Part shown: in pieces, positions 14,401 to 26,148 of the stretch
Numbering within the stretch: the first letter of the stretch is position 1
Layout: each line of letters begins with the position of its first letter
DNA from: Saccostrea cucullata
Lineage: Eukaryota
NCBI RefSeq assembly: GCF_032062105.1
Contig: NW_026926606.1
Location: 62,001 to 126,000 of the forward strand
Reading direction: 5' to 3'
DNA: 64,000 nucleotides
Position numbers and translations under genes: made by a program
The notes under the pieces: model-generated
What the model was told of the DNA's origin: nothing
Seen by the model: only the letters and a program-made list of their open reading frames with translations
The model's database searches: none

Positions 14401-17400
14401 CTCCCTTCAAAAATAATACAATAAACATAACGAAATAGAAAGTATTGATGAAGCATGCTGTTAAATGCACATGTCACTACAAGTATTTTAAGTTTCATTG
14501 TCATTTAACCCCCCACCCAAACCCCCTACACACACCACTAAAACTAGAAATCTGGTTACTTGTACTCTTCTTTAACTTGCCCATAAATAATCCCAATATA
14601 TACATTCTTTAAATTAAATAATCTTATTCATTAATAAAGAAAAATAATTATGGGAATATCATAATCAATAGCTCTGATTTTAGTCTAGACGCAATGGTAC
14701 CAAAGAAGGTTAGGAAAAAATATTTCTCCAAATAAAAAGATTGACCCCCCCCCCTACACAGTGTGACATTCCAGGCATTAACAGTGTATTCATAATACAA
14801 GAATATATAACATGCAGAGTCTTACAGCTGCTTAGTATGGAAGTAGGCGGGACTAGGGTGTCATTTTGTAAGGACGTAATATTTGTGACCTCTGTTGTCA
14901 CATCCTTCAAGGTCGTGACCCCCGGAACTATGGTCGTCTGGGCAGTAGTGCTAGCTGCAAGCAAGAAATTTTTTAAGCAAGGAATTTCAGGTGAAGAAAA
15001 ATGAATACTTTTCTACATACTCTAAAAATATTTGGCTAAAAAAAATCCTTGAAGAACAAATAAAGAAGGCAAAGTAAAGTTTAAAAAAAATTAAAATAAA
15101 GACAGGTGCCCAGTGCCCAGGAGCTCTGAATACTGTTGATATAAGTATCTGATATATTTACAAGGTTTGTGCCTTTGGAACTTGAAGACATAAAATAAAA
15201 GAAAACAAGGGAAGTAACCACGGGAAGTAGCTCTTGTTGCACTAGTTTTTCTGATACATTGATATTGAATATACTTACAAGTCTTGGAATATACTGGAAC
15301 ATATGTTTTGTTTCCACATAATTCTGAAATTAAAATTAAAAAGAAGATAAGAAAGATAAATCTTTACATTACAATTCCAGTCAGACATACAGACAGACAG
15401 ACAGACAGCTGGACAACTAGATGTTCCCATGTTGAATGAAAATATGACATGCTATGTCAGTTTGATGAAGAAACTTTACATGATTATAGATTTACAGTAA
15501 ATAACAGAAGTGCCAGGGACAGAAACATTAACTTCATAACTCCTTATATCTGTAACTGTTTAGTGTTCAATATATTTTAAAGTCAAAGGGAATCAAAATC
15601 CCCTTTCTCTTTAATAGCATCAATTCTTTATTGGTATATTAAACATGTTTGCTATTAGTGTGTTTTACTTTATTATCATGTAATGAAATACATTTTAGAA
15701 ATGAATATGATATTTTTATTTCCTCCCATTTTTATCATGGAAAAAAGTGAATTAACTTCAACAATAAAAGGGAAGAAATGGAGTTCAGAGAACTCTGATG
15801 TAATATGTATGGCTGCTACTGACAAGGCAGCCAATACTCCGCTTGTGAATTCTGTGTCTTTTTGCCAGGATACACATTGTGATGATGTAAACACTATTCT
15901 GACTTATGCTAATTATTATTTTTTTTAAGTGTGGAGATCTGATCAGTCATTCACCATTCCCTACAAACACACAGCTAGAGTAATCAAACCAAGGAGGCAC
16001 TGAACTTATATATATACACTAACATTAGCAGCACAAAACACTGCAGCAAAAAACAACTTATCTAGAACATAGAGAAATGTATACACGAAGAAAGAACACA
16101 GTTTCCTCTTTGCAATTTGCTTTGTCTCTCAAGCAAGATAATTAAAATTCATGGTATGTGGAATGTAGCGGATGAAAAAAATTTAAGCAATAAATTGAAA
16201 AATAATATCAAGTATTTACTACATGTAAGATATATAAAGAAGGCAAAAAAAAAAAAGAAACTTAACCTTTAAAACAGTCATAAATTTTACAATCCAATAC
16301 CCTAAAGCTTACCACAGTTTGGCTGCATTATCTCCCCTCAGTCAAATCTCAAATTAGATCTACAAATGTACATGCACCCTGAGGGGACCCAGTACAAATA
16401 TTTACACGATTTCTCTGTCTGCTACAGCGGGCAATGATGAATGTCAATTGTCATTTTATAAATCAGCATACCTCTGCTGCCTTGCACAGGTGAGGATATT
16501 CTCCTAAATGACAAAGTTTGACATTCAAACATGCAGGAGAGAAAAGGTTTTCTGGTTTAAAATGGCAATGTGTATCTGTTTGTTTTGGTTTGGGCTTACA
16601 ACAGATTTTTTATGACTTTTGTGACATGACCAGAGAGAACATGTAGGCCAGTATTCCTGACCTGTATCAAACAAGAATGCTGAATCTTTTCATGTACATG
16701 GGGCATAAAGGAAAATTAATAGTGAATGACTTTATAATTTTTTTTTCTTTTTTGCTTGTCAAAAAAAATTTTTTGTATGACATCTGTTTAAGTTGAATGA
16801 TGTAGATACCCCATCCCCCACCTGTGCTGTAAATTTTACAATTTACAGATATACTGTGAATACTTGTGATCTAAAAGTTGAGGCTAAGTACATAAAGGAG
16901 ATGATTTTTTAATCTTGCAATCATTGCATTTAATATATTAAGTTAGTTGTTTATTTTCTTTTCTAGCATCATAGCAATTGTCATGTCCAACATTGTAAGT
17001 GTAAGCAATGTGTTCATGTGAAACATTGATTTACATAATACCATTTCTAATTAAAGTTTCTTTGAGATAAATTCTAAATTCACCTTCTCTTACATTATCA
17101 TGATTATAGGCATGACTAAAACTGAAAAAGAGTATGAAGGCCACATGAAGCATGTGTTAAGAATGGAAAAATGGACCCACTGGCTTGGAATATGTTAAAA
17201 TAAAGCATCTCTTAGACAGTCTACTATATGTTTAAATAAAATAAGTAACATTTTTTTACAACTTCAAAAGTTCAGAGGATGAAGTACACATGCTCTACTG
17301 TTTATTAATCAGTTAATAGGCATGGATAAATTTTATCATTCTGATTCATTTAATCTGATCCAATATCGGATTATCCATCTACTGTAAAATGCTAATGAGC

Positions 17401-19349
17401 AACATTTCTTAACTAAATCAGAGACTTATCTACTCATGCATCAGAATTTACCTTCTAACAAGGAGTATGATGTGTTTATATTGTGAATTTGTTCATCGTA
17501 AAAAGGGTTTAAATTTTTTATAAATAAAAAAAAAACTAGATCTGTCCAATCAGGACAAAATACCCCCCGCTGGGTTTTTCAGAAGTAAGTTTTTGCATAA
17601 TAAAGATATGTATCAAACACGAATTATAAAATTTTTCTTCCAGTGACCTTGAACTTCCCCAAATGACCTTGGGTCAAGGTCATGATACACCCTTGGGTCA
17701 TAGGCAATCTTTGAGTGAAATAAGAATCTACCAAGTTTATCAATAAGAAAGATATAGACCGGACACGAATTATGAAATTTTTCTTCCAGTGACCTTGAAC
17801 TTCCCCAAATGACCTTGGTTCAAGGTCATGACACACCCTTGGGTCATGGGCAATCTTTTTGTGAATTGAGAACCTACCAAGTTTATCCATAAAAGATATG
17901 TGTCAAACATGAATTTTGAAATTTTTCTCCCAGTGACTGACCTTGAACTTCCCCAAATGACCTTGGGTCAAGGTCATGACACACCCTTGGGTCATGGGCA
18001 ATCTTTGTGTGAAATGAGAACCTACCAAGTTTATCCATAAGAAAGATATGGACCGGACACGAATTATGAAATTTTTCTTCCAGTGACCTTGAACTTCCCC
18101 AAATGACCTTGGGTCAAGGTCATGACACACCCTTGGGTCATGGGCAATCTTTGTGTGAAATGAGTACCTACCAAGTTTATCCATAAAAGATATGTATCAA
18201 ACATGAATTTTGAAATTTTTCTCCCAGTGACCTTGAACTTCCCCAAATGACCTTGGGTCAAGGTCATGACACACCCTTGGGTCATGGGCAATCTTTGTGT
18301 GAAATGAGAACCTACCAAGTTTATCCATAAGAAAGATATGGACCGGACACGAATTATGAAATTTTTCTTCCAGTGACCTTGAACTTCCCCAAATGACCTT
18401 GGGTCAAGGTCATGACACACCCTTAGGTTATGAGCAATCTTAGTGTGGAGTAGTAGATTCTAATGTCCCTCTGTAAGAAAGATATGGACCGGACACGATT
18501 GCACAGACAGACGGACAGACAGACAGACAGCTAGACAGACAGACGGACAGACAGACAGACGGACAAGCTGATTCCTATATACCCCCCAAACTTCGTTTGC
18601 GGGGGGTATAAAAATCTTGATAAAGTATTCCTGATTTATTTTTATGGTTTCAATATCTGAATGCCTGTCAAAAATCCTGAATATTAAAAGTAACCATAGT
18701 CAAAAAAAAAAAGTATGCTAATTAAAGTGCAACAGAGTATGAATTGGCAATGTGTAGTGACAGTGCACAGTGATGCCATGTTCCTGCTAGCACTTATTAG
18801 TGTATAAACTCATTAGCTCAGTCAGAAGAGCATCACATTTTACATATCAGGTTAAACATGCTAAAGGTTGAAATTTTAATCCATATTACGGAAGTCCCCA
18901 AGGTAAAATCCACATTAAGGGTTTGTTGTTTATAAAGTCTCAGATGTGAGATTTCTTCGGGGATATAAAAAAAGAACTTGTGAATGAGAAATAAGAAAGT
19001 GTCACATGGTTTAATGCAGTATGTGTGTTGTGTGCAGTGAAGCTGTATGCTCCTTCTATATCACTAACAAATGGGTACAATCCCTAAGTTAAGTCCGCAA
19101 AGCTAGAGTTTGACTTCAACTCTAACAGTTGTAGATTTAAACCATGTTTTACTCACTTGTAATTGTAACCATTCATAAAAGTTTTAATGCAGCATGCTTA
19201 CCCAAGTAACTCTGATAGACTACAGAGTCTTCTTGCATTTTTAACATTTCTTTTTTGGCTTGTGGTGATGTGCTGGCAAATATGGGTACTTCTGGTGGCC
19301 TTAGGAAGGGGTCACTACAGATGCACCGCTGACAGCTGAAGTTCTCCAT
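2617..19349 (-). CDS. Uncharacterised single-pass (probably type III) transmembrane adaptor/receptor-like protein; spliced gene with two alternative terminal exons
   Basis: Phase-consistent GT-AG exons on the minus strand: 19349-19202 (MENFSCQRCICSDPFLRPPEVP...YQSYL, phase 1); 14954-14826 (Ser/Thr-rich ASTTAQTTIVPGVTT...NITSLQNDT); 11331-11223 (TM WWIALLVIGIILLALIVVGVYVY followed by KKKGKK, phase 2); 10230-10156 (FRKSVMYQNL..., 75 nt); then either 9469-8782 or 3250-2617, both entering in phase 2 and ending in a stop. Probable non-coding exon 1 ends at 20149 (GTAAGG). Confidence 0.72.
3682..3893. mobile_element. Non-autonomous TIR element (MITE) with TA flanks
   Basis: TACTGTAAATCAC ... GTGATCTACAGTA termini. 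Confidence 0.65.
5119..6385. mobile_element. Non-autonomous Helentron/Helitron-N with internal ~166-bp Cg170-like satellite array
   Basis: AACAAGAGGCCC start, subterminal GCTCACCTGAGC, about 6 monomers (GAACAAACTTGAATCT spaced ~166 bp), (GACA)n microsatellite, terminal hairpin GCTCACTTGAGCCTTCGGCTCAGGTGAGCT, inserted in an A-run. Confidence 0.88.
6801..8439. mobile_element. Non-autonomous Helentron/Helitron-N with ~8 satellite monomers
   Basis: Same termini and ~166-bp monomer family as 5119-6385; (ACA/ACG)n microsatellite. Confidence 0.88.
8782..9469 (-). CDS. Terminal exon A of the TM adaptor-like gene (acidic Ser-rich cytoplasmic tail with Tyr motifs)
   Basis: TTTTAG acceptor; phase-2 entry is in frame with ORF 8782..9486; motifs EEYSNP, DLYENS, SVYITL. 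Confidence 0.75.
10789..11120. mobile_element. MITE with ~35-bp imperfect TIRs
   Basis: AAGAGTTATTTCCCGTTGGTTGCCATATTGGAGGT ... ACCTCCAATATGGCAACTAATGGGAAAAAACTCTT. Confidence 0.6.
11223..11331 (-). CDS. Transmembrane exon of the TM adaptor-like gene
   Basis: CACAG acceptor and GTATGT donor; encodes a 23-residue hydrophobic helix followed by a polybasic stop-transfer sequence. Confidence 0.8.
11996..12157. repeat. Near-perfect ~160-bp palindrome (fold-back, Crypton-like non-autonomous element)
   Basis: Arms AAACAATAAAATG...ACATAACCCGC / GCGGGTTATGT...CATTTTATTGTTT around a tiny TTAC loop. Confidence 0.75.
12330..12480. mobile_element. Short MITE
   Basis: TAGGCCATATTTAAAAGAATGTTTG ... CAAACAATTTTTTAAAGATGGCCTTA inverted termini. 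Confidence 0.5.
12850..13467. mobile_element. Long-TIR fold-back DNA element inserted in a Helentron remnant
   Basis: TACTATCATTCCAATAACAGCGTGTCACTTT ... AAAGTGACACGCTGTTATTGGAATGATAGTA; inverted arms about 180 bp; TGACCTT-type Helentron sequence on both sides (12755-12849, 13468-13600). Confidence 0.75.
17534..18610. mobile_element. Non-autonomous Helentron of a second family with ~146-bp satellite monomers
   Basis: AACTAGA start, 6 monomers containing the TGACCTTGGGTCAAGGTCA palindrome, (GACA/GACG)n, terminal hairpin ATACCCCCCAAACTTCGTTTGCGGGGGGTAT. Confidence 0.85.
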
Positions 19350-20854
19350 TGTTGTTTTTATTCAGTTTGTTCTCACGCTCTTCTTATTCTGTAGAACAAA
19401 GACAAAAGTTATCAAAGTTTAATGATAATTACAATAATGAATATTACAAATAAATACACCTAAAAAGTAAAATTGAATTTCAATAATTATTCAAGAATAT
19501 CAAGATATAAACATGATAAATGATAAACATTTATTAAAAATATTTTATTTTAAAAATAAGTCAGACGCTCTATTTTCACTTGTGAAAGGGTCTTTCTCTC
19601 TCTTGTCTATAAACAACTGACAAGCCCTAGTATGCTGGCCAAAGCCTGTCCACTTCTCTAAAGAGAATAATATATATGTACATGTTAAGTATAGGGGGAA
19701 ATACCATTTCACATTTCAATTGATCCTTCCTTCTGAATAAATATAGTAAAGCTAACCTGATAAGTCTGTACTTTTTAAACTATGATGTGTCATGATTATC
19801 GCGTGCTACTCACACAAAACTACTACAGTACATATAACACGTGTGCTGATATTGTCAAATGACATCATTGAGTGACCATGTTTAAAAAATTGTGGCAGGA
19901 ACAAAAAAAATAATTGATTAAAATCCTTATAATAAAAAGTTCTCTTTTGGAGTTAAAAAAAAACATTCGGCGATTTTAGTAAGGTTGTTATTGTTGATGA
20001 TCATGAAGAACGGAAATGGAATGTTGCAGGATTGGTCCTGTGCACGATCATACAGAAATCTAGTTCTCCAAAGTTGGAGATCTCGATAAACAATTAAACT
20101 TTCAATCAATTAGTTATTAAACCAGACAACATGAAAATGAAACCTTACCTGTTCATTTTACTTTCTTTTTGACGACGACAGATTAAAACCAGGAAGTTTA
20201 CATAGTACGGGATGGGAGTGACTAACTTCCTGCTTCAATATCGATAGACATTTATTATCCGGAATACCGTTATCGTATAAACAGTTGCGCCTATCTATTG
20301 TTACTTTACCAAAACATAAACAACTACAATTGGTAATTGGAAACCCGTATGGGTTTGTCACCATCTGACTTGTGTAGAATCTACCCAGGATTGGAGTCAC
20401 CGTGAGTGATAGGTACCGTACTATGGCCTGTATGTAAATGGTGTATTTTCATTATTACATGATTGATGAGTCGCCCGCGGCAAGTACGTTGGTGAATTTA
20501 CTGACCAGAAACAGAATACATTTGGGATTTCAAACAATAATATATATATTTTTTTATAATATTGACATATTTAGAGGGGCTATGTTACTGTGTATCCTGA
20601 GAGTCTAGAGATGCTTTTCTTAGATTGGCATTTGGCAGAAATCTAGGGGCACTTGACATTGTCATTCATTTGATGAATCAGGTTCCTGTGAAATAGGAAA
20701 TTGAAATATTTTCCCTGTATATACAGCTATACGAGTTATTTGGTACAAAATGTTACATTTAATTTTTTAAATACCATCCCTCCATGCCTTATTGAATACG
20801 TTATTTGTGTGCATTTTAATGGAACCCCCCCCCCCCCTAAAAAAAAAAAAAAAG

Positions 20855-20891
<37 letters not shown>

Positions 20892-22481
20892 GCTTTGACC
20901 ATTCTGTTCTTTACATGATTTCTCCCTTGTTATACATAATGCATCCCCACCCTACCCCACTGATCATAATTTAGACAATTTGAAATCTACACTACCCCAG
21001 GATCCTTCCATGGGTACATATGTTTCAGCTTTTTTGGCCCAGTGGTTCTTGAGAAGAAGATTTTGAAAGATTTTTCCTATATATTTCTATATAAAACTTT
21101 GATTCCCTATAATGGCCCCGCCCTTCCCCCGGGGGTCATGATTCCTACAATTTAGAATTTACACTACCCCAGAATGCTTCCACATAAGCTTCACTTTTTC
21201 TGGCCCAGTGGTTCTTGAGAAGATTTTCAAAGAATTTTCCTATATATTTCTATATGAAACTTTAATTCCCCATTGTGGCCCCGCCCTTCCCCCCGGGGGT
21301 CATTATTTGAACAATTTAGAATGTACATTATACCAGGATGCTTCCACATAAGTTTCAGCTTTTCTGGCCCAGTGGTTCTTGAGAAGAAGATTTTCAAAGA
21401 TTTTTCCTATATATTTCTATGTAAAACTTTGATACCCCATTGTGGCCCCGCCCTTCCCCCGGGGGTCATGATTTGAACAATTTAGAATCTACAATACACC
21501 AGGATGATTCCACTTTAAGTTTCAGCTTTTCTGACCCAGTGGTTCTTGAGAAGAAGATTTTCAAAGATTTTTCCTATATACATATGTATATCTATATAAA
21601 ACTTTGATTCCCCATTGTGGCCCCACCCTTCCCCCGGGGGTCATTATTTGAACAATTTAGAATCTGCACTATACCAGGATGCTTCCACATAAGTTTAAGC
21701 TTTTCTGACCCAGTGGTTCTTGAGAAGATTTTCAAAGATTTTTCCTATATATTTCTATATAAAACTTTGATACCCCATTGTGGCCCCGCCCTTCCCCCGG
21801 GGGTCATGATTTGAACAATTTAGAATCTACACTACACCAGGATGCTTCCACTTTAAGTTTCAGCTTTTCTGACCCAGTGGTTCTTGAGAAGAAGATTTTC
21901 AAAGATTTTTCCTACATACATATGTATATCTATATAAAACTTTGATTCCCCATTGTGGCCCCATCCTTCCCCCGGGGGTCATTATTTGAACAATTTAGAA
22001 TCTGCACTATACCAGGATGCTTCCACATAAGTTTAAGCTTTTCTGACCCAGTGGTTCTTGAGAAGATTTTCAAAGATTTTTCCTATATATTTCTATATAA
22101 ATTTAAACTTTGATTCCCCATTGTGGCCCTTCCCTTCCCCCGGGGGTCATGATTTGAACAATTTAGAATCTACACTATATCAGGATGCTTCCACATATGT
22201 TTCAGCTTTTCTGACCCAGTGGTTCTTGAGAAGAAGATTTTCAAAGATTTTTCAAAAGATTTTTCCTATATATTTCTATATAAAACTTTGATTCCCCATT
22301 GTGGTCCTGCCCTTCCCCCGGGGGTCATGATTTGAACAATTTAGAATCTACACTACCCCAGGATGCTTCCACATAAGTTTCAGCTTTACTGGCCCAGTGG
22401 TTTTTGCGAGGGGATATGTCCCTTCATTTTAACAATTTAAATTTCCCTTCACCCAAGGATGCTTTGTACCAAGTTTGGTCA

Positions 22482-22518
<37 letters not shown>

Positions 22519-22576
22519 GTGAAAAGTTTACAGATGGACAGACAGCTAGACAGACAGACGGACGACGGACAAAATG

Positions 22577-22617
<41 letters not shown>
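20855..22617. mobile_element. Non-autonomous Helentron/Helitron-N with ~9 Cg170-like monomers
   Basis: Same terminal structures as 5119-6385; a divergent monomer subfamily (GAACAATTTAGAATC, CCCATTGTGGCCCC). Confidence 0.88.
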
Positions 22618-22623
<6 letters not shown>

Positions 22624-24307
22624 AGAAACACATCGCCACCATAAGATGAAAAAAACATAAAATCAAAGGCCTGAAGGGCCTGCGAGTTGACTCGCTCAAG
22701 TCAATTGAGCTTTTTCATACATCTGGGCACCATACCTTAATATATTCAGTTTATTTTGCATCGTAAAAGATTGAAGATTATATGTCTGTAAGTGTATATT
22801 GCTTTCTTTTATATATACAGGTTGGCACTAATGGGCTTCTGTATTATTATTATCTATAATGAATATAGGCACACTAGCTGAAGTGGTCAGTGTTATGAAA
22901 TAATTAGGTTAAAGATTCCCACAGCAAATCTGGACTCTAAAAATAGATTTTCAACAACAATTAGCTGCAGCTAATGAGAGCAGCAGGTGTTTGTGTTAGG
23001 AAGTACTCTAGGTCAATTATAAATAAACTTCAGATGGGAAGATTTGATCCACCTAACATGCTTGAACATATATTCATACGCAGTAATTGTACATCGTACA
23101 GATATTTAATCAAAAATTTCTTTAAAAGCATGAAGTAATAATGTTACAGTATGAAATTTTATACAGTTTTTACCTCTTAAGTTTATACAATCATTCAAAC
23201 CAAATCATTTTTTGCTAGAACGAGTATATTTGGGGTATGGATCACCTTGATGAATGGGTGATAAATTTTACAGCTCATATATATATCAGAAACGGCTATG
23301 TCGACAGGGAGTAGCTCGCTACGCGAGCCAACTCAAAAATTAAATTTTAAAATTCCGAATGTTGTGTGTACTTTATGATTGTGTTAAATCCCTATCTGTG
23401 TAAAATTTATAGGCTCAGTAGGCCTCACATCAGTCTAGCCAGGAATCAAGTTTTTGGTTTGGTCCTTTGATCCCAAGGGGTTTATCTTTTTATGCAAACA
23501 TCAAGTCTTCAGTCTGTTTAATTTTATGCACTGATCTATTTAAATTTTAAAATATCCTCAATTCAAATATTTATTTAAATGAAATCTTTAAAAGAGACAA
23601 ACAGCATTAAAAAATAACCATCATGGGCTACAAAGCTCACTTTAGTAACTCTGCCCTGTTGATCTTCTACAGATTACTTATTGTGACCCAATTCAAAGAG
23701 CCTTGATTTGAACTTGAATGTACACTACCCTAGGAGTCTCCATATATTGTAATTGGAATTTGTTAGATGAATGTTTAAAACCCAAAAGGAATAAAAAATG
23801 ACTTTGCTATAGGCGTCAATTCATTAGAGGTGTGTTTTACTGTACACAACTACTCATCAATTTTTCATCCATGAAATAAAATGCCTTAGAACCCCATAGA
23901 TATTCCTCAGACCATGAAAATCTGACCTTACAAAAATAAACGATTATACAGTACTTACTTGTCCCCCTTAAACCAGGCACTGTGATATAATTATTAACAC
24001 GTGTAGATTTTAATTATTTTATTTGATAAGTATTCAAAACAAGTTCATCTACAGATTATTTCGTAAGTGTTTATAAATGCTTCTTTGTGAGGAGGCATGC
24101 TTATCTTTGAGGAAATAAATAAAATGGGCAATAGAATTTCAAAGAAAATCTGAAAATTCTTGTCGACTTTTAAATTGCGATTTCCTTTTTATAAGGAACA
24201 TAATTAAATATAAACAAAAATGTCTGTGAGCCAACACTCATTTGTCATACCCCCGCTCTGATGTGAATATATTGTATATGCTCTTATACATGTATTAATA
24301 TACAGAG

Positions 24308-24716
24308 TAGGAGTGAAACGGTTCACCGCGGTATCGGTTCACCGCGGTATTTTTTCTCGGTTCGATACACGGTACAAAATCTCTACTTTCGGTTCGGTTC
24401 GTTTTTCGGTCGGGATCGTCATTCAGTCGGGTTTGGCATAAGGTATAAACATGCTTTTCTGTATAATTAGTTCAGAAACGTAAGTTTGTGTGGACTTTTA
24501 GTTTGTAAAATAATTTTTAACAGACAAATCAATTAAATTGATACATTCTTACCATTTTACACATAAATTATTTTACTAGATTAAGTAAAAGGTAGCATAA
24601 AATAACATTGAATCTGTTTTCTTCTATAAAAATGTATCGTATCGAAAATAACCGAACCGAGACCAAATTTTTTGATACGTATCGAACCGTGAAGGAGGCG
24701 TATCGTTTCACCCCTA
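24308..24716. mobile_element. hAT-type MITE
   Basis: TIRs TAGGAGTGAAACG / CGTTTCACCCCTA; perfect 8-bp TSD ATACAGAG (24300-24307 and 24717-24724); subterminal CGGTTC repeats. Confidence 0.88.
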
Positions 24717-25789
24717 ATACAGAGTATACAATTTCATTTCAAAGAATATTGTACTTACTCTAGTTTTTTCATGTAAAGGTTAATCTCTTTGATCACCATT
24801 AAAATGTAGTCAAAATTGATGGTTACAGTGTACCATAACAAAACATAAGAATTAAGGCCTAAGGCATTTTTAAGCCTTTAGAAATTTACAGGTCCAGACA
24901 GATGCAGGGATAAACAGGAAACTGACATTGGATTTATACAAAAATGAATCCCGTCATATGGCAGGCCGAAACAAAGAGTGGATTTCAAGGGTAGTTGCTG
25001 AGAAAATGAAAAAAAAAATTGTTACATACAGAAAGTCATACAGCTACACACAGACAAACACACAAGGGTAAAACAGTATACCCCTACTCTTGTTTAGAAC
25101 GGGGTATAATAATAAATAGAAGTGTTCATAAAAACACGTACATGTCAGTGAAATCTACATGTAGGGATGGATGATTTTCTTAACCGAAGGTATTCATAAC
25201 ACACAGAAATTCAGTGTAAGACCCTACTTTGCTCATCAAAATACTATTATACATTTTATGGCCACATACTGTCTCATATACACTAAATACCAGTATATAC
25301 AGATGTATAGGTATGTACAATTCGTGTGAAAAATTAATAAAATGAAGACAGAAGATTTCTTTGTGTTAAAAAAAATCTCTTACCAAAGTGTCCTAATAAA
25401 ATGTAAAATTTCTGCCATAATAAAATCGTGCGGAGGAGGAAAACTTTGTCTTCATAAAAAGATCTGATGATTGTGAGTAAAACCTAACTCACGATTTCTC
25501 ATCCTCAACATTTCCTGTTTCTAGTTCATCAAAATATCTGACAAGACACTCGATATCTGACACTTAAAATCCACAGATTTAAAAACTCACTTAATACATT
25601 TCTCAAAAAAGGAAGTAATACACACTTAAATTCCTAAATATTTACCACTTAGTGAATCATAGTAAAACTGACTATATCATTGGTTTTCTTCATTGTCTAA
25701 TAACTACATGCAATTAAATTTTACATATACAAATTACATTCATTTTTTTTGTCAATCTTCTCTTTCAAAAATACACATTTAAAAAAATT

Positions 25790-26110
25790 GTCTCAAAATC
25801 CATAAATTTTGCCAGTGTACATGAAAATGATGTTCCAAAGTCATGACAACTGACAAATTTGATCCTTGTAATTTTTTTGGCGGTGAAGATGAAAATGACA
25901 TGTTCCAATAACAATGTCATAACTTTTAAAAATTTGATTTTTCTAATTTTTGATTGTGTACGAGAAAAAGACACGCTCCAATAATGTCATAAGAATTGAC
26001 AAATTTTGCCTGTGTACATGAAAATGACGTGTTCATAATAATGTCATAACAACTGACAACTTTGATCTTAGTCAGCTTGTGTCCCTGTCTCGTAATGACT
26101 TCCGACAAAT
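25790..26110. repeat. Degenerate ~45-65-bp tandem repeats in the MIS18BP1 3'UTR
   Basis: Recurrent TGTACATGAAAATGA and AATGTCATAACAACTGACAAATTT blocks just downstream of the stop codon. Confidence 0.6.
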
Positions 26111-26148
26111 TCCATCGTTCTTTGCTGCTCCTGTTTGTCAGATCTTTG

